DNA of 64,000 nucleotides from Macrostomum hystrix. Lineage: Eukaryota > Animalia > Platyhelminthes. The stretch spans positions 12,214,001 to 12,278,000 of the forward strand of contig CATNEN010000039.1 in the NCBI GenBank assembly GCA_950097015.1, in the 5' to 3' direction. The translations under genes and the position numbers were made by a program. Shown here one piece after another: positions 12,923-24,959 of the stretch (position 1 is its first letter; each line of letters begins with the position of its first letter). The notes under the pieces were generated by a model that ran no database searches, was not told the origin of the DNA, and saw only the letters and a program-made list of their open reading frames with translations.

Positions 12923-15900
12923 AAAGCTCAAGTCTCAGAACTGTAAGATGTCTGTCAAGTTGTTTTGGAAAAGAGGCTTATTCTATTAGTGAGTAGGGTC
13001 ATGAAGCAAGACATGTCAAAGTTCTTGCTCATTATTTGCTGTCATGAAAATCACCAGCGGCATTTATAATTATAAAGGGTCCCAAATTGGACTGAAATAG
13101 TGTTTCGTCATGCCTCATAAGTGTGAAGAATATTGACAAGTCCTAAATATTGACCATGGAGTTAGGTTTCAGTTAGCCTATATGTAACTTGCAGTGACAC
13201 ACAGCCATGTGCGTGTGTGTCTACCGAATTTATATCGTCTAGTATCCCACCCAGACTAAGCTAATCGATTTTCAAAGCCTGCGCCAGCTTCTCTGACTTA
13301 ACAGCTGTCGGCCTGTACCCACCCGCCCCAAGGGCAAATTTTCTGTCTCCTATGGCGAGCAGTCTTACTTAACGCGTTTTTCTCGGACATGGCACTGCGC
13401 GGTGCCATGAAGCCAGTGGCAGTGGTGGGGGGGGAAGTGTCAAACTCGGACTACTTAATGTGACTCGGGGCGAGTTATTTATAGGGCTTGGTTTAGGCGG
13501 AGGGCGAAAGTGAACAGGCGACTATGAATTATGGATGCGGTTGGCGACACTGGAGTTTGCTAGCGGCCTTTATTTGTCAGTCATTCGGTTCATACATTCT
13601 CCCAAAAATAAGTTTGTTTAAGTTTTTTTTATAAAATACTCGTAGAAGGGGCTCAGCCCCGGGGGTGCGTCCATCCCGCGCGAGCAGCAGCAGGCAGGTT
13701 CGCTGGGTCAGCGTTTGCAATCTTCATCCTGACGGCGTGCCGGATGAAGGCCTGGAGCTCTCGGATCCTCTCCGAAGTGGTCAGCTCGTCGAAAAATAGC
13801 TCAACATTAGTTGGATTTGAATTTGCAGTTGTAGAAGTCGAATGTGCTGCTTTGTGTTTACTTCTCTGCGCGCATTTAGACCACACGCTGGTCAAGTGGC
13901 CTCTCTAGGTTTCCACGCAGCATGTGCCAGTCCCAGCGCCTGAACTGGAACCAACCTTTACACTTCTATCTAAGATCCCTGGGACTACCCTCTGCCTGAC
14001 ATTTCGCCTCTCAGTCAGACTACTTTGCGGCGTAGGAGAGAGTCACGTTTCCCTTTCCCACCGGTCTCTCTCTCTCTCTCTCTCTGTATATTTAATTCAT
14101 TGAACTATCAGTTCAACTATAATTTCAATCTATACTTTTTGAATTGTTACAGGCTCAGTGCCAGTAGAGAGAATGGAAGCGCTATAGAATTTAGCTTTGT
14201 GCACTTTTATTGCCCGCTGTGGGCTGCAATCAGCACAGGAGTGTTATTAAAAGTACGCGGTTTTCACAACCAGGCCAATTCATAGCTTTTGGAATTGTCT
14301 ATGGGCCAAACTTGACTGCCAAAGAACGATAATAGAAGAACTTTTAATTTTATTTTATTTATAGGAGGTTTTTTTATAGATCACTTCGGGCAAATATAGT
14401 CATTAAACCCAAGGACCACTAGAAGAAGATAAACGGCACACTTCGTTTCTTGAAAATGTACGAGCGTATTAGACGCTGATTTTCACAAAAACGCACAAGC
14501 GAGACAGGAACTTTTCACGTTTTTCACATTAAAATGTTGATAACTTTTTATTGGAAGCAGATCCGATGCTGCTCTTTTAACATAACTTGCAAAACATGTT
14601 GCTTCAACGAATTTTAACAATGCTTCATTCATGAATAATTGATCTTCATTTTCTTTTCTTGATTAGAAAGTTTAAAATTGAGTTAGTCACGAATGTAGAA
14701 AAGCCACTTATGACGATACTGCCAATGGGGCTACGCGACTGTCTATGGGCTAATCTGTACAGAAAACACGATTCTAACAACGAGTTGGAAATTGAAAAAG
14801 TTTAGCAATCAAGCGAAAGAGGTCGGTAATCCGTCGGATTAAGTCTCTAAGCGAGCTTACAAAATCGACAGATGAAGAAGACGGACAGTTTTAAGGCGGG
14901 ATTAAAACGGAAAAAAGAAATAGTTTTTTTGCGACAGAAGCAAGCGCGTAAGCTAGCACCATCCAGCAATGGCCTCTCTGTGTGTGTGTGTGGTCACAAC
15001 CGCTCCATCCCACCCACCCGGATTCTCTAGCCCGCCTGTCGACGCCATTAACAATCGATGACCGAAGAATTGATTGATCCAGCTGTCACTAGTCCACAAA
15101 GCTGTCAATTCCTGCCCTACCGCGCCTGTCCCACCCCTGTCCCTCTCTAGCTATTCCCACACAAATTTTTGCCTGTCGTTATTAATGGCATCAAAGTGCA
15201 GATGGAATATCTATTCCAGTCTATTTTGGTCGGGAGGAAAAAAGTGTCACCCCTCGTGTTCTCGTGTTCGCTTGTAACTCGTTTCCGTACTCATTATTGT
15301 CGTTGCGAATCGCGAATCAGGTGCGGTTGCACTATTAGTTTTTGTAGCGATCTCGACTTTGAAAAGCATTAAATTTCTTCATTGTGCCAGGTTAATTCTC
15401 ATAGCAATTCTTTCTCGCATTAGCCTCTCTTGATTTCTCTTTTTAGGCAGCTCAGCAGGGCAGCTTAATTGGTTTCCTATGCGGAGTGGAGTTATGCTTG
15501 AGCCATAATGCAGTCTGCAAAGGCCGGCCGTATATTTTCATGCGACTCGTCGGGCCCTTGAAGTCCGGCGAGTCGGCTAGAGGAGAGCTCGAGCGGGCAG
15601 ACTGCAAATTGGTTAGCAGGATCTCCGGATTGGGGAGTTTCAGTACCACTTTAGGCGGCTGCCCTTGCTCTCTCCCCATCCCTCAGGCCCCCGTCACTCC
15701 AGAGAGGGAAAAAATCTCTCGGAGGAAAGCAGCGGCCCTGCTCGATATTAACTTCGTCTTTCTCTGCTCATCACCGCCGCCACTGTCAAGAAGGAATCGG
15801 GCTAGGCAGCCTGAAGAAGAAAAATAAGGGCAAGGAGGAACTGGAAATTAATTTCGCAGCCGCGCAAAGTCTTGCCGAATAATTTTTTCTCAGTTCTGTC

Positions 15901-16237
15901 TTCTCAGTTTGGTCGCACGTTCTTCGCTCGTGTCTAATTGGTCGTGCGGGGCAATTTGATGCAGCCCTCGACGTTGCTGCTGCTGCTGCTGCTGCTGTAG
16001 TTGCTTTGTTGGGCATTCTGCCGACGATTCCTGCCCCTTCTCTCTATCACAGATTTTTTCAACCTCATCCTTCGCCGCTTCATCTGTAAGAGCCTTCAAT
16101 TTATAAGTCTCTTTGTCTCTTTTCTTCGAGGCCTGCAAAGACTAAATTTTCGAATAAATCGGAAGTGCTTCTCTCGTAGTGATTCTCTTTGAGTCTGAGG
16201 GTTGTGATGCAGTCATTAATTGCTCCGCATACCGCAG

Positions 16238-16380
16238 TGCCAGGCACAGTGAGAATGTACTCTGCCTCATAATAAGACAGTCAATGCATATGTACACACC
16301 TGTGTGAGTGTGTGCCTGCGAACAGTATCTGTGATGCGCGTGTCTCTCTGGCTGCGGGTCGACTGTCACAAACGAATTGG
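16238..16380 (+). mobile_element. SINE family A fragment (3' half)
   Basis: AGGCACAGTGAGAATGTAC..GTACACACCTGTGTGAGTGTGTGCCTGCG..CTGGCTGCGGGTC. Confidence 0.7.
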
Positions 16381-16656
16381 TCAGTACCCACAGCTCTCCA
16401 GTAAGTATTTAACAACTCCTACTATGGCAGTGATATTATTTACACGTATGCAACCGGAGATTCATTTTCTGCATTTCGAGTTTCGATCGATAGCTGGACT
16501 ATTAATTCTTTGTACAAATGATGAGACTTGGCAGCCACTTGAGGAAAGACCACAAATACCCAATATTTCAAATACCCAACTGCCTAATTCACGATAGCTC
16601 CCAAACCGAATGACCGAGTTTTGTGAAAATCCACGATTTAACTCAAAATTTATCAC

Positions 16657-16975
16657 TCTTTACGATGCACCAACTTTCAGAGCCGTCCGACGTAAGCGCC
16701 GTCGAGATATTCAGCGATTATTGGTGACAAGGACAACTAACATTGCTCTGAATAAACCAAAAACGCGAAACCCTATTGCTTAAATAATATAATCAATACA
16801 ATATAAAACATGATTGCCGACATGGTTTCATGATGAAATTTTGGGAGCAGAAAAATTATGCCTAGATATTGTTGGTTTTTGCCACCAGACACCACGACGA
16901 GAATCGTTGAATATCTCGACGATTCCAATGTTTTGTGATCCTGGAAGTTGTTTTATCGGATAGACCGGAAGATTT
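16657..16975 (+). repeat. Dispersed repeat with internal inverted repeat, copy 1
   Basis: Homologous to 41363-41600; arms CGTCGAGATATTCAGCGAT / ATCGTTGAATATCTCGACG. Confidence 0.75.
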
Positions 16976-18487
16976 TTCGTGACATTGAGCAGACTCTCCG
17001 AGTTGCTATGTAGCAGCAGCACCTGTAATTGTGTGGTTCATAAAATGTGCACCGGGTGAAGTTATCCCGCATTGTGGGATTTGGCCGCTGTCAATCAGCG
17101 CCATTCTCAACGGATCCCACAGCCTATTCCGAGTCCGCCCAATGAATGTTTTATGATCTCCACTTTGTCACAAACTCCCCTGCTCATCAGCTATTCCACC
17201 CCGTTTTCCTTAAATATCTGCTGCCATCTCAAACTCAAGGCTACATCAATGCCCCAGTTCTAAATAATGCATATGCACAGAATCTGTACTATAGCAAAGC
17301 ATGCAAGGAAAGCTTATAAAACAAACTAAATTGTTTATTGGGTTCATTTGTATTGATGCTAAGCTTTTGTGATCTAGATTAATTTTAATGTAAACCAATC
17401 AAAAATCTGCTTCGCCTATTAACCTCATTATTTTTCTAACACCAAAGTTAATCCTGACATTCTATCTGTGCCTTGACCTTGGCCGTCAAGGCTGCGACTG
17501 TAAACGGATTATTAAGTTAAATTTTAAGCCATAATATTTAGCTCTACTCGTAAACATACTTGTACTATCGCTTCGGTGCATAGATGATTCGTAAAAAAGC
17601 TAAACGAATTTTTTAGTTTAAGTTAAATTAACGATTAGCGTAGTTACATATGTGCAGCCAATAAGTAATGAAAACATAATGTAATTTTATTGGAAACCGC
17701 TTTAGCATTCAATTAGTTAAAATGAACTTTGATTTACTTTTTAATAAGGACAAAAAGATCTAAACTTTTTCAAAGTTTTGGCGCAAGTATTGCACTCTAG
17801 ACTACAACTATAGCAATTTCTCCAACATTTTCCTGTCCAAATCTCACGACGCATAGTAGTTAAGCATTGATTTTTCGATTTCGCGGGCAAGACTTCATCT
17901 CAGACAAAATCGTTTGACCGATATGTTTTCCTAGAAATGCTTTCCCAGTTTTTGATTCTCGCTGCGAATCTGCCTGCCTGTCTGTTTAGAGGCTTATCGG
18001 CACAACGGACCAACGCCTAAGGATTAGGGAGGCACTGTGAATATTGATAAATCGAGTTAAAAAATTCTGACAGCACAGCCACAGATAAATTCCAAAGCTG
18101 ACTCGCATTTTTTTCTATCTCGCCTTCTCTGCTCGCATCTGCAGTAGGCAGTGTGATCGATGCACCGGCAGCCATCGACCTACGGCGTTGAACCTTTAGA
18201 AATCAGATTAAAAAATGAATGACAGTCAGAAATCTTCTAAAACTGTGCCATATTTATCATGCTAGTTTATCTCATAGAAATCTCATATGCACGAAATTTT
18301 ACCAATCTTACATTTTAGAGCATTTGTGAAATATTACAAACCCGAAATTTACAAAAAAATGCATAAATCAGGAAATTAAAAAAAAATTGGGATTTTGAAA
18401 ATTGGGAACGGATCAGAATGTCATTCCGAAAGTTCGTGCAATCAGGCAGTTTTGGGTGACAATTACAACCTAACTGGAGCAGCATCT

Positions 18488-18772
18488 ACGAGCTCGATTT
18501 CGTGGCGAGGCCGCATTCATTTGGGGCGCAGCCGCGGAGAGAAGGCTTGGGGGCTTGTCGTGCAATTAACGACCTTGAGGGCCAACCTCCAAGGCACAGT
18601 GACAGTGTACACTGCCTGACGACGAGAAAGTCAGTGCAGATGTACACACCTGTGTGAGCGTGTGCCTGCGTACAGTATCTGTGTGCGTGTGTGCTCAGGA
18701 GTCACGACCCTTACTGGCTGCGGGTCATGTGTCACCATGATGTGCCATTGCCCGCAGCCCTCCTGCTATTAT
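18488..18772 (+). mobile_element. SINE family A copy (5'-truncated)
   Basis: High similarity to the 35155 copy from the B-box to the 3' stem. Confidence 0.8.
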
Positions 18773-19162
18773 GTATACATACACATATATATTTATATAT
18801 ATTTATTGACATATTAAATGTTTAAATCGTAAAGTAACTTTTTTTTGAAACCGAAAAAGTCCGAAAAAGTCAAAAACCCAACTGATGGCTATTCGCTTCG
18901 ATGCTTTCACAGGCATTTGAGTGCCAGAGACTGACCAGCAATAGAAATTTGCTTCTAGCTATCTAGTTGCAAAGTTCCTCTGCCTAAAGGTAATCATTAG
19001 ATCCAGGAGTGTCATATTCTTCTCCCTGTATCCTGTGCCTGTCTAGACCCCTTACATTACAGTTCAATTTCAATTGAAGAGACAATTATAAACTTCCATT
19101 CTGTTTGTTTTGTTGCTAAAATTCTTATTTTGATACTTTATTTAACGAAAATTAAATAAACG

Positions 19163-22100
19163 ATTCCAGGTGTGTCATCAGATGGTGATTACAGGTGTGT
19201 CATCAGATGGTGATTACAGGTGTGTCATCAGATGGTGATTACAGGTGTGTCATCAGATGGTGATTACAGGTGTGTCATCAGATGGTGATTACAGGTGTGT
19301 CATCAGATGGTGATTACAGGTGTGTCATCAGATGGTGATTACAGGTATGTCATCAGATGGTGATTACAGGTGTGTCATCAGATGGTGATTACAGGTGTGT
19401 CATCAGATGGTGATTACAGGTGTGTCATCAGATGGTGATTCCAGGTGTGTCATCAGATGGTGATTACAGGTATGTCATCAGATGGTGATTACAGGTGTGT
19501 CATCAGATGGTGATTACAGGTGTGTCATCAGATGGTGATTACAGGTGTGTCATCAGATGGTGATTACAGGTGTGTCATCAGATGGTGATTAAAGGTGTGT
19601 CATCAGATGGTGATTACAGGTGTGGTATCAGATGGTGCATTACAGGTGTGTCATCAGATGGTGATTACAGGTGTGTCATCAGATGGTGATTACAGGTGTG
19701 TCATCAGATGGTGATTACAGGTGTGTCATCAGATGGTGATTACAGGTGTGTCATCAGATGGTGATTACAGGTGTGTCATCAGATGGTGATTACAGGTGTG
19801 TCATCAGATGGTGATTACAGGTGTGTCATCAGATGGTGATTAAAGGTGTGTCATCAGATGGTGATTACAGGTGTGTCATCAGATGGTGATTCCAGGTGTG
19901 TCATCAGATGGTAATTACAGGTGTGTCATCAGATGGTGATTACAGGTGTGTCATCAGATGGTGATTCCAGGTGTGTCATCAGATGGTGATTACAGGTGTG
20001 TCATCAGATGGTGATTACAGGTGTGTCATCAGATGGTGATTCCAGGTGTGTCATCAGATGGTGATTACAGGTGTGTCATCAGATGGTGATTACAGGTGTG
20101 TCATCAGATGGTGATTCCAGGTGTGTCATCAGATGGTGATTACAGGTATGTCATCAGATGGTGATTACAGGTGTGTCATCAGATGGTGATTACAGGTGTG
20201 TCATCAGATGGTGATTACAGGTGTGTCATCAGATGGTGATTACAGGTGTGTCATCAGATGGTGATAAAAGGTGTGTCATCAGATGGTGATTACAGGTGTG
20301 GTATCAGATGGTGCATTACAGGTGTGTCATCAGATGGTGATTACAGGTATGTCATCAGATGGTGATTACAGGTGTGTCATCAGATGGTGATTACAGGTGT
20401 GTCATCAGATGGTGATTACAGGTGTGTCATCAGATGGTGATTACAGGTGTGTCATCAGATGGTGATTACAGGTGTGTCATCAGATGGTGATTACAGGTGT
20501 GTCATCAGATGGTGATTACAGGTGTGTCATCAGATGGTGATTACAGGTGTGTCATCAGATGGTGATTCCAGGTGTGTCATCAGATGGTGATTACAGGTGT
20601 GTCATCAGATGGTGATTACAGGTGTGTCATCAGATGGTGATTCCAGGTGTGTCATCAGATGGTGATTACAGGTGTGTCATCAGATGGTGATTACAGGTGT
20701 GTCATCAGATGGTGATTCCAGGTGTGTCATCAGATGGTGATTACAGGTGTGTCATCAGATGGTGATTAAAGGTGTGTCATCAGATGGTGATTACAGGTGT
20801 GTCATCAGATGGTGATTACAGGTGTGTCATCAGATGGTGATTACAGGTGTGGGATCAGATGGTGATTACAGGTGTGTCATCAGATGGTGATTACAGGTGT
20901 GTCATCAGATGGTGATTACAGGTGTGTCATCAGATGGTGATTACAGGTGTGTCATCAGATGGTGATTACAGGTGTGTCATCAGATGGTGATTACAGGTGT
21001 GTCATCAGATGGTGATTACAGGTGTGTCATCAGATGGTGATTACAGGTGTGTCATCAGATGGTGATTACAGGTGTGGTATCAGATGGTGATTACAGGTGT
21101 GTCATCAGATGGTGATTACAGGTGTGGTATCAGATGGTGATTACAGGTGTGGTATCAGATGGTGATTACAGGTGTGTCATCAGATGGTGATTACAGGTGT
21201 GGTATCAGATGGTGATTACAGGTGTGTCATCAGATGGTGATTACAGGTGTGTCATCAGATGGTGATTGCAGGTATGGGATCAGATGGTGATTACAGGTGT
21301 GTCATCAGATGGTGATTACAGGTGTGGTATCAGATGGTGATTACAGGTGTGGTATCAGATGGTGATTACAGGTGTGTCATCAGATGGTGATTAAAGGTGT
21401 GGTATCAGATGGTGATTACAGGTGTGGTATCAGATGGTGATTACAGGTGTGTCATCAGATGGTGATTACAGGTGTGTCATCAGATGGTGATTACAGGTGT
21501 GTCATCAGATGGTGATTACAGGTGTGAGTCATCAGATGGTGATTACAGGTGTGTCATCAGATGGTGATTAAAGGTGTGTCATCAGATGGTGATTACAGGT
21601 GTGTCATCAGATGGTGATTACAGGTGTGTCATCAGATGGTGATTACAGGTGTGTCATCAGATGGTGATTACAGGTGTGTCATCAGATGGTGATTACAGGT
21701 GTGTCATCAGATGGTGATTACAGGTATGTCATCAGATGGTGATTACAGGTGTGGGATCAGATGGTGATTACAGGTGTGTCATCAGATGGTGATTAAAGGT
21801 GTGTCATCAGATGGTGATTACAGGTGTGGTATCAGATGGTGCATTACAGGTGTGTCATCAGATGGTGATTACAGGTGTGTCATCAGATGGTGATTACAGG
21901 TGTGTCATCAGATGGTGATTAAAGGTGTGTCATCAGATGGTGATTACAGGTGTGTCATCAGATGGTGATTACAGGTGTGTCATCAGATGGTGATTACAGG
22001 TGTGTCATCAGATGGTGATTACAGGTGTGTCATCAGATGGTGATTACAGGTGTGTCATCAGATGGTGATTACAGGTGTGGTATCAGATGGTGATTACAGG

Positions 22101-22418
22101 TGTGGTATCAGATGGTGATTACAGGTGTGGGATCAGATGGTGATTACAGGTGTGTCATCAGATGGTGATTACAGGTGTGTCATCAGATGGTGATTGCAGG
22201 TGTGGGATCAGATGGTGTTTTTTTACAGGTGTGGGATCAGATGGTGATTGCAGGTGTGTTATCAGATGGTGATTGCAGGTGTGGGATCAGATGGTGATTG
22301 CAGGTGTGGGATCAGATGGTGATTACAGGTGTGGGATCAGATGGTGATTACAGGTGTGGGATCAGATGGTGATTTCAGGTGTGGGATCAGATGGTGATTG
22401 CAGGTGTGGGATCAGATA
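19163..22418 (+). repeat. 25-bp satellite (CAGGTGTGTCATCAGATGGTGATTA)
   Basis: ~130 units, diverging at the 3' edge (GGGATCAG variants). Confidence 0.97.
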
Positions 22419-22849
22419 ATGGTTCCGGGATGGTATCTAATAAAGATGATAACGTGAGACATTGTGGCAAAGTATTGGCCATGCATAAGATCAATTTCAA
22501 CATCAAATCCCGGTTTCAAACAGATTCTATCGATGTAGCAGGGACTTTTAGGGTTGGGTCAAATTGCAGGGCAGGTGGTATACGAGTATGTTAGCAAAAC
22601 AGCGAGCTAGGTAGCTAGGTATAAGCTTTCCCTCATTAAAAGTGGCTCGCACTGTAGGAATGATTGCTACAGCCAAACCAAACGCATTGACCGTTCAAGT
22701 CATGAGGAATTGCCTACAGAAGCAATAACGAATTGAAATCTGAGCTGCTTACCTGCCTGACGCTGGTTGGTCTAATTTTAGACTGCTGCATGGGTGGGTG
22801 AGACAGCTTGCGTATGGACTCAATTCATTTTATTGCTGTAAAATCGCTT

Positions 22850-23122
22850 GACTCGTGGCAAGGACTCGTTGTAACCTTGCGTTGGCGTCGGACTCACGAC
22901 TTGAAGGTCGGGGGTTCGATTCCTGACTCCACTGGAATAATTTGTGTCCTTTAGCAAGAGACTAATTAATTTTGCATTGCTTCAGTTCACCCAGCTGTTA
23001 ACTGGGTACCAGCATTACCCCGGATAATTTAGGGTGGGTTGGGCGGTCCCCCAGTCCATGGACTGCATGGCTGTACGCAGCCTTCAGATGCGCCGCGCAA
23101 TAGCTGGGGCTGTGTATGTGTA
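22850..23122 (+). mobile_element. tRNA-derived SINE family B (CORE-SINE-like)
   Basis: B-box GGTTCGATTCC followed by TGTGTCCTTTAGCAAGAGACTAA..TTCAGTTCACCCAGCTGTTAACTGGGTACC, resembling the MIR CORE domain. The tail CCCCAGTCCATGGACTG..GCAGCCTTCAGATGCGCCGCGCAATAGCTG recurs at ~2155, 36250, 39830(-) and 60752(-). Confidence 0.65.
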
Positions 23123-24024
23123 GTAAATTATTAATGTTATAATATTGTTTTTATTATTAACAAACCGATACAAAAAAGAAGTTAAAAACGGAAAGGATTC
23201 ATGCAGAATTGTTTGTTAAACAGCTTGCTTAAAATAATTGTCACAAAAATTTGCTGGAAAGCGACCAAATTATAATGAACGAATATATTAGCTACTACTA
23301 ACGAGTAGATAACAAAGCATATAGGCTCTCAATGGCGCCATTTCTAAAACAATTAAAAAAAACAAAAAAAATTTGTCTAGTAATAAAAATATAAGATACT
23401 GTAAAAGTGTAATATCAAATCGAAAGTAAAACTGCCTTAATATCTAGCGTGAAATATAGCAATCGTTTATTACATATATATAATAGTAAACGAGTAAAGC
23501 TAAATGTTTAAGAAGAGAACATTTAAAATAGACGACTTTCTCTAGAAATTCACTGCGGCATGCTAAAGTCTTCAAGCGCCGGGAGTAAAAACTCAGGAGC
23601 TGTTCAATGAGACCATTGTTTCGTAGTTGAGACAAAGCTTAAAATTCTCAAAAATGCACGGACGAATTAGAAAACAAAAAAAGAAGAAAAAAGAAACTAG
23701 TGCAACAAAATTAAACGCAAGTCTTTTTCAGTGAACATGTGTTAACATAGATTAGCAGTTCTCTCATAAGCTAGTAATAACAGTAATAAATTGCTTTTAA
23801 TACTTTCGTTGGTACTGCGTGTAAAAACAAGATTGCACTTGCATGGCTTAGAAACAAACTGCTTTTCCTTAATAAATAGCTGACAGTGTCAACTTATCTA
23901 CAGTACAAGATCTAGGAAGGCACGAAAACTAGAAAAAATAAGGAACAGTGTACAGTGATTTATCACAATAATGCTTTACTTGAGAGCTCAATTGTAGATT
24001 AGCTGAGTTGGTGCTGCATTTTTG

Positions 24025-24412
24025 AGAGCGAGTGTACATTCTCGGGCTAGACGGGGGCAGGACGGGAGCGAGTGTGCATTCTCGGGCTAGACGGGGGCAG
24101 GACGGGAGCGAGTGTACATTCTCGGGCTAGACGGGGGCAGGACGGGAGCGAGTGTACATTCTCGGGCTAGACGGGGGCAGGACGGGAGTGAGTGTACATT
24201 CTCGGGCTAGACGGGGGCAGGACGGGAGCGAGAGTACATTCTCGGGCTAGACGGGGGCAGGACGGGTAGCGAGTGTACATTCTCGGGCTAGACGGGGGCA
24301 GGACGGGAGCGAGTGTACATTCTCGGGCTAGACGGGGGCAGGACGGGAGTGAGTGTACATTCTCGGGCTAGACGGGGGCAGGACGGGAGCGAGTGTACAT
24401 TCTCGGGCTAGA
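24025..24412 (+). repeat. 40-bp minisatellite (GAGCGAGTGTACATTCTCGGGCTAGACGGGGGCAGGACGG)
   Basis: ~9.5 near-identical units. Confidence 0.95.
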
Positions 24413-24959
24413 CTGGAACAAGCATTAATTTTTTAGATGACTTGCCCCAGATGAATCATTTAGCAACGACAGGTAGAGCGAATGTGCAGAAACTAAAAAA
24501 GCTTGAAAATGTAGATTTTGCTCATTGCTAACTCGATTGGATAAGTCCATTGCAATGGTCAAGTTTCCAGAATTAAATCACAACAATTATAAAGACGTAA
24601 AATAACAGTTGCCCTATTGGCAGGTAAAGAGTCAGTAAAAATTATACAGTGACACATTGAAGTTTTCTATTGCACAACAAGCATAAACAGGATCATAATA
24701 AACACAAACCGATGGAAAATAAAACACAAATCTTAAACACAAATGTCAACTAATAAACGTGAAAATAATATTTATAGCACACACAGACCAGTATAGTATG
24801 TTAGTAAAAACATACAATGCCAACATTGATTTCTATTTATTGCACCAAACGCGGATTAACCAGTGACGTCTAATTAATAATAAAGAAAGATTTTGAGTAT
24901 ATTTGAGTTTACACAAGCATAGAATTTGCATCTAGCACTGTTTTTTAACACTACTACTG

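Noticed and set aside
13653-13895. 80-aa ORF as a transposon protein remnant
   Set aside because: No recognisable motif, no ATG start, and no LTR ends or TSD could be confirmed
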